Made by a program: the position numbers and the translations under genes. A DNA stretch of 34,786 bases from a virus. Of this stretch, positions 34,245 to 34,786 are shown one piece after another. Position 1 is the first letter of the stretch. Each line of letters starts with the position of its first letter. The notes beneath the pieces are model-generated. The model was given only the letters and a program-made list of their open reading frames with translations, had not been told where the DNA came from and did not search any database. Location: positions 1-34,786 of IMG/VR virus record IMGVR_UViG_3300045988_092324; one strand, given 5' to 3'.

Positions 34245-34786
34245 ATGGCATTTGAAATCGTGGACGGCATGACGGGGACCAAGCACATCAGCTCAGACGA
34301 CCTGTCGGCGCTGAACGTCGCGACCATCGGCAAAGCAAACTGCGTGCTGGAGTACGGTGACGACTTCAAGCTCACGATGGCGAGCGCGAACAGCGCGACG
34401 CTCGGCACCGGTGTAGGTATGGTCGGCGGCAAGAGATTTTGGAACCAGGCGGCAACCTCGCTGACGGTCCAGTCTGGTACGCAGGGCCAGAAGCGTAACG
34501 ACCTCGTCGTAGCCCGCTACGCGAAGACCAGCGCGGGCATCGAGAGCATCACGCCCGTCGTCGTCAAGGGCACGCCCAGCACGGGGACGGCGGCGGACCC
34601 CGCGACGACCTCCAACGACCTGAAGCTCTGGCGCATCCCGCTGAACGGCATCAGCGTCGGCACGCCCGTGAGGCTCTTCGACCCCGTGGCCTCGCTCGCG
34701 ACCCTCGGGGATTCTGTATCCCAAGGCCGCGACCCGTCGCTCGACCGCAGCGGGACTGCCGAGGGATGGAACTATTCACTCGTTCA
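34245..34786 (+). CDS. Tail tip/receptor-binding-type protein, truncated at window end inside the inverted repeat
   Basis: Starts MAFEIVDGMTGTKHISSDDLSALNVATIGKANCVLEYGDDFKL; ORF still open at base 34786; final residues DSVSQGRDPSLDRSGTAEGWNYSLV are encoded by the inverted repeat. Confidence 0.78.
   Translation, partial: MAFEIVDGMTGTKHISSDDLSALNVATIGKANCVLEYGDDFKLTMASANSATLGTGVGMVGGKRFWNQAATSLTVQSGTQGQKRNDLVVARYAKTSAGIESITPVVVKGTPSTGTAADPATTSNDLKLWRIPLNGISVGTPVRLFDPVASLATLGDSVSQGRDPSLDRSGTAEGWNYSLV
34710..34786. repeat. Terminal inverted repeat, right copy (77 bp), within the tail gene
   Basis: Perfect reverse complement of 1-77; begins exactly on a codon boundary of the tail ORF. Confidence 0.98.

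Noticed and set aside
34245-34786. Diversity-generating retroelement as source of tail variation
   Set aside because: No reverse transcriptase gene or template/variable repeat pair seen; inverted repeats plus recombinase fit inversion better.
1-34786. tRNA, rRNA, transposase/IS element or CRISPR array
   Set aside because: None recognisable by reading; a tRNAscan/Infernal run would be needed to exclude cryptic RNAs.

Overview
This is a high-GC window that reads as a nearly complete temperate siphophage/prophage genome, probably from an actinobacterial host and possibly Coriobacteriia (inferred from composition, an mIHF-like gene and general gene content). Gene order from start to end: tyrosine recombinase (-), holin/amidase lysis cassette (+), second tyrosine recombinase i.e. 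the likely integrase (-), lysogenic-conversion genes and S24-like repressor (-), Cro-like gene and early genes (+), RusA/RecT/DUF1351/mIHF-like/SSB/replisome organiser, many small CxxC proteins, TerS/TerL, portal, MuF-like protein with a C-terminal JAB-like domain, scaffold, capsid, head-tail genes, tail tube, frameshifted tail chaperone, tape measure, distal tail, two collagen-like tail proteins and a truncated tail/receptor-binding protein. The central finding is that bases 1-77 are the exact reverse complement of bases 34710-34786. The right copy lies in frame inside the truncated tail gene. The left copy abuts the stop codon of a dedicated tyrosine recombinase. The simplest reading is a circular phage genome whose assembly broke at a short invertible DNA segment carrying alternative tail-protein C-termini, so the variable cassette itself is missing from the window. 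Other findings include a repressor with a non-canonical Ser/Lys dyad, a phage-encoded mIHF-like protein, CCTAGCCTA iterons inside the putative replication-initiator gene, a duplicated 52-nt element in the lysogeny region, a structured candidate cos/pac region before terS, paired 15-bp operators, and an intrinsic-terminator-like hairpin in the leader of the putative invertase.
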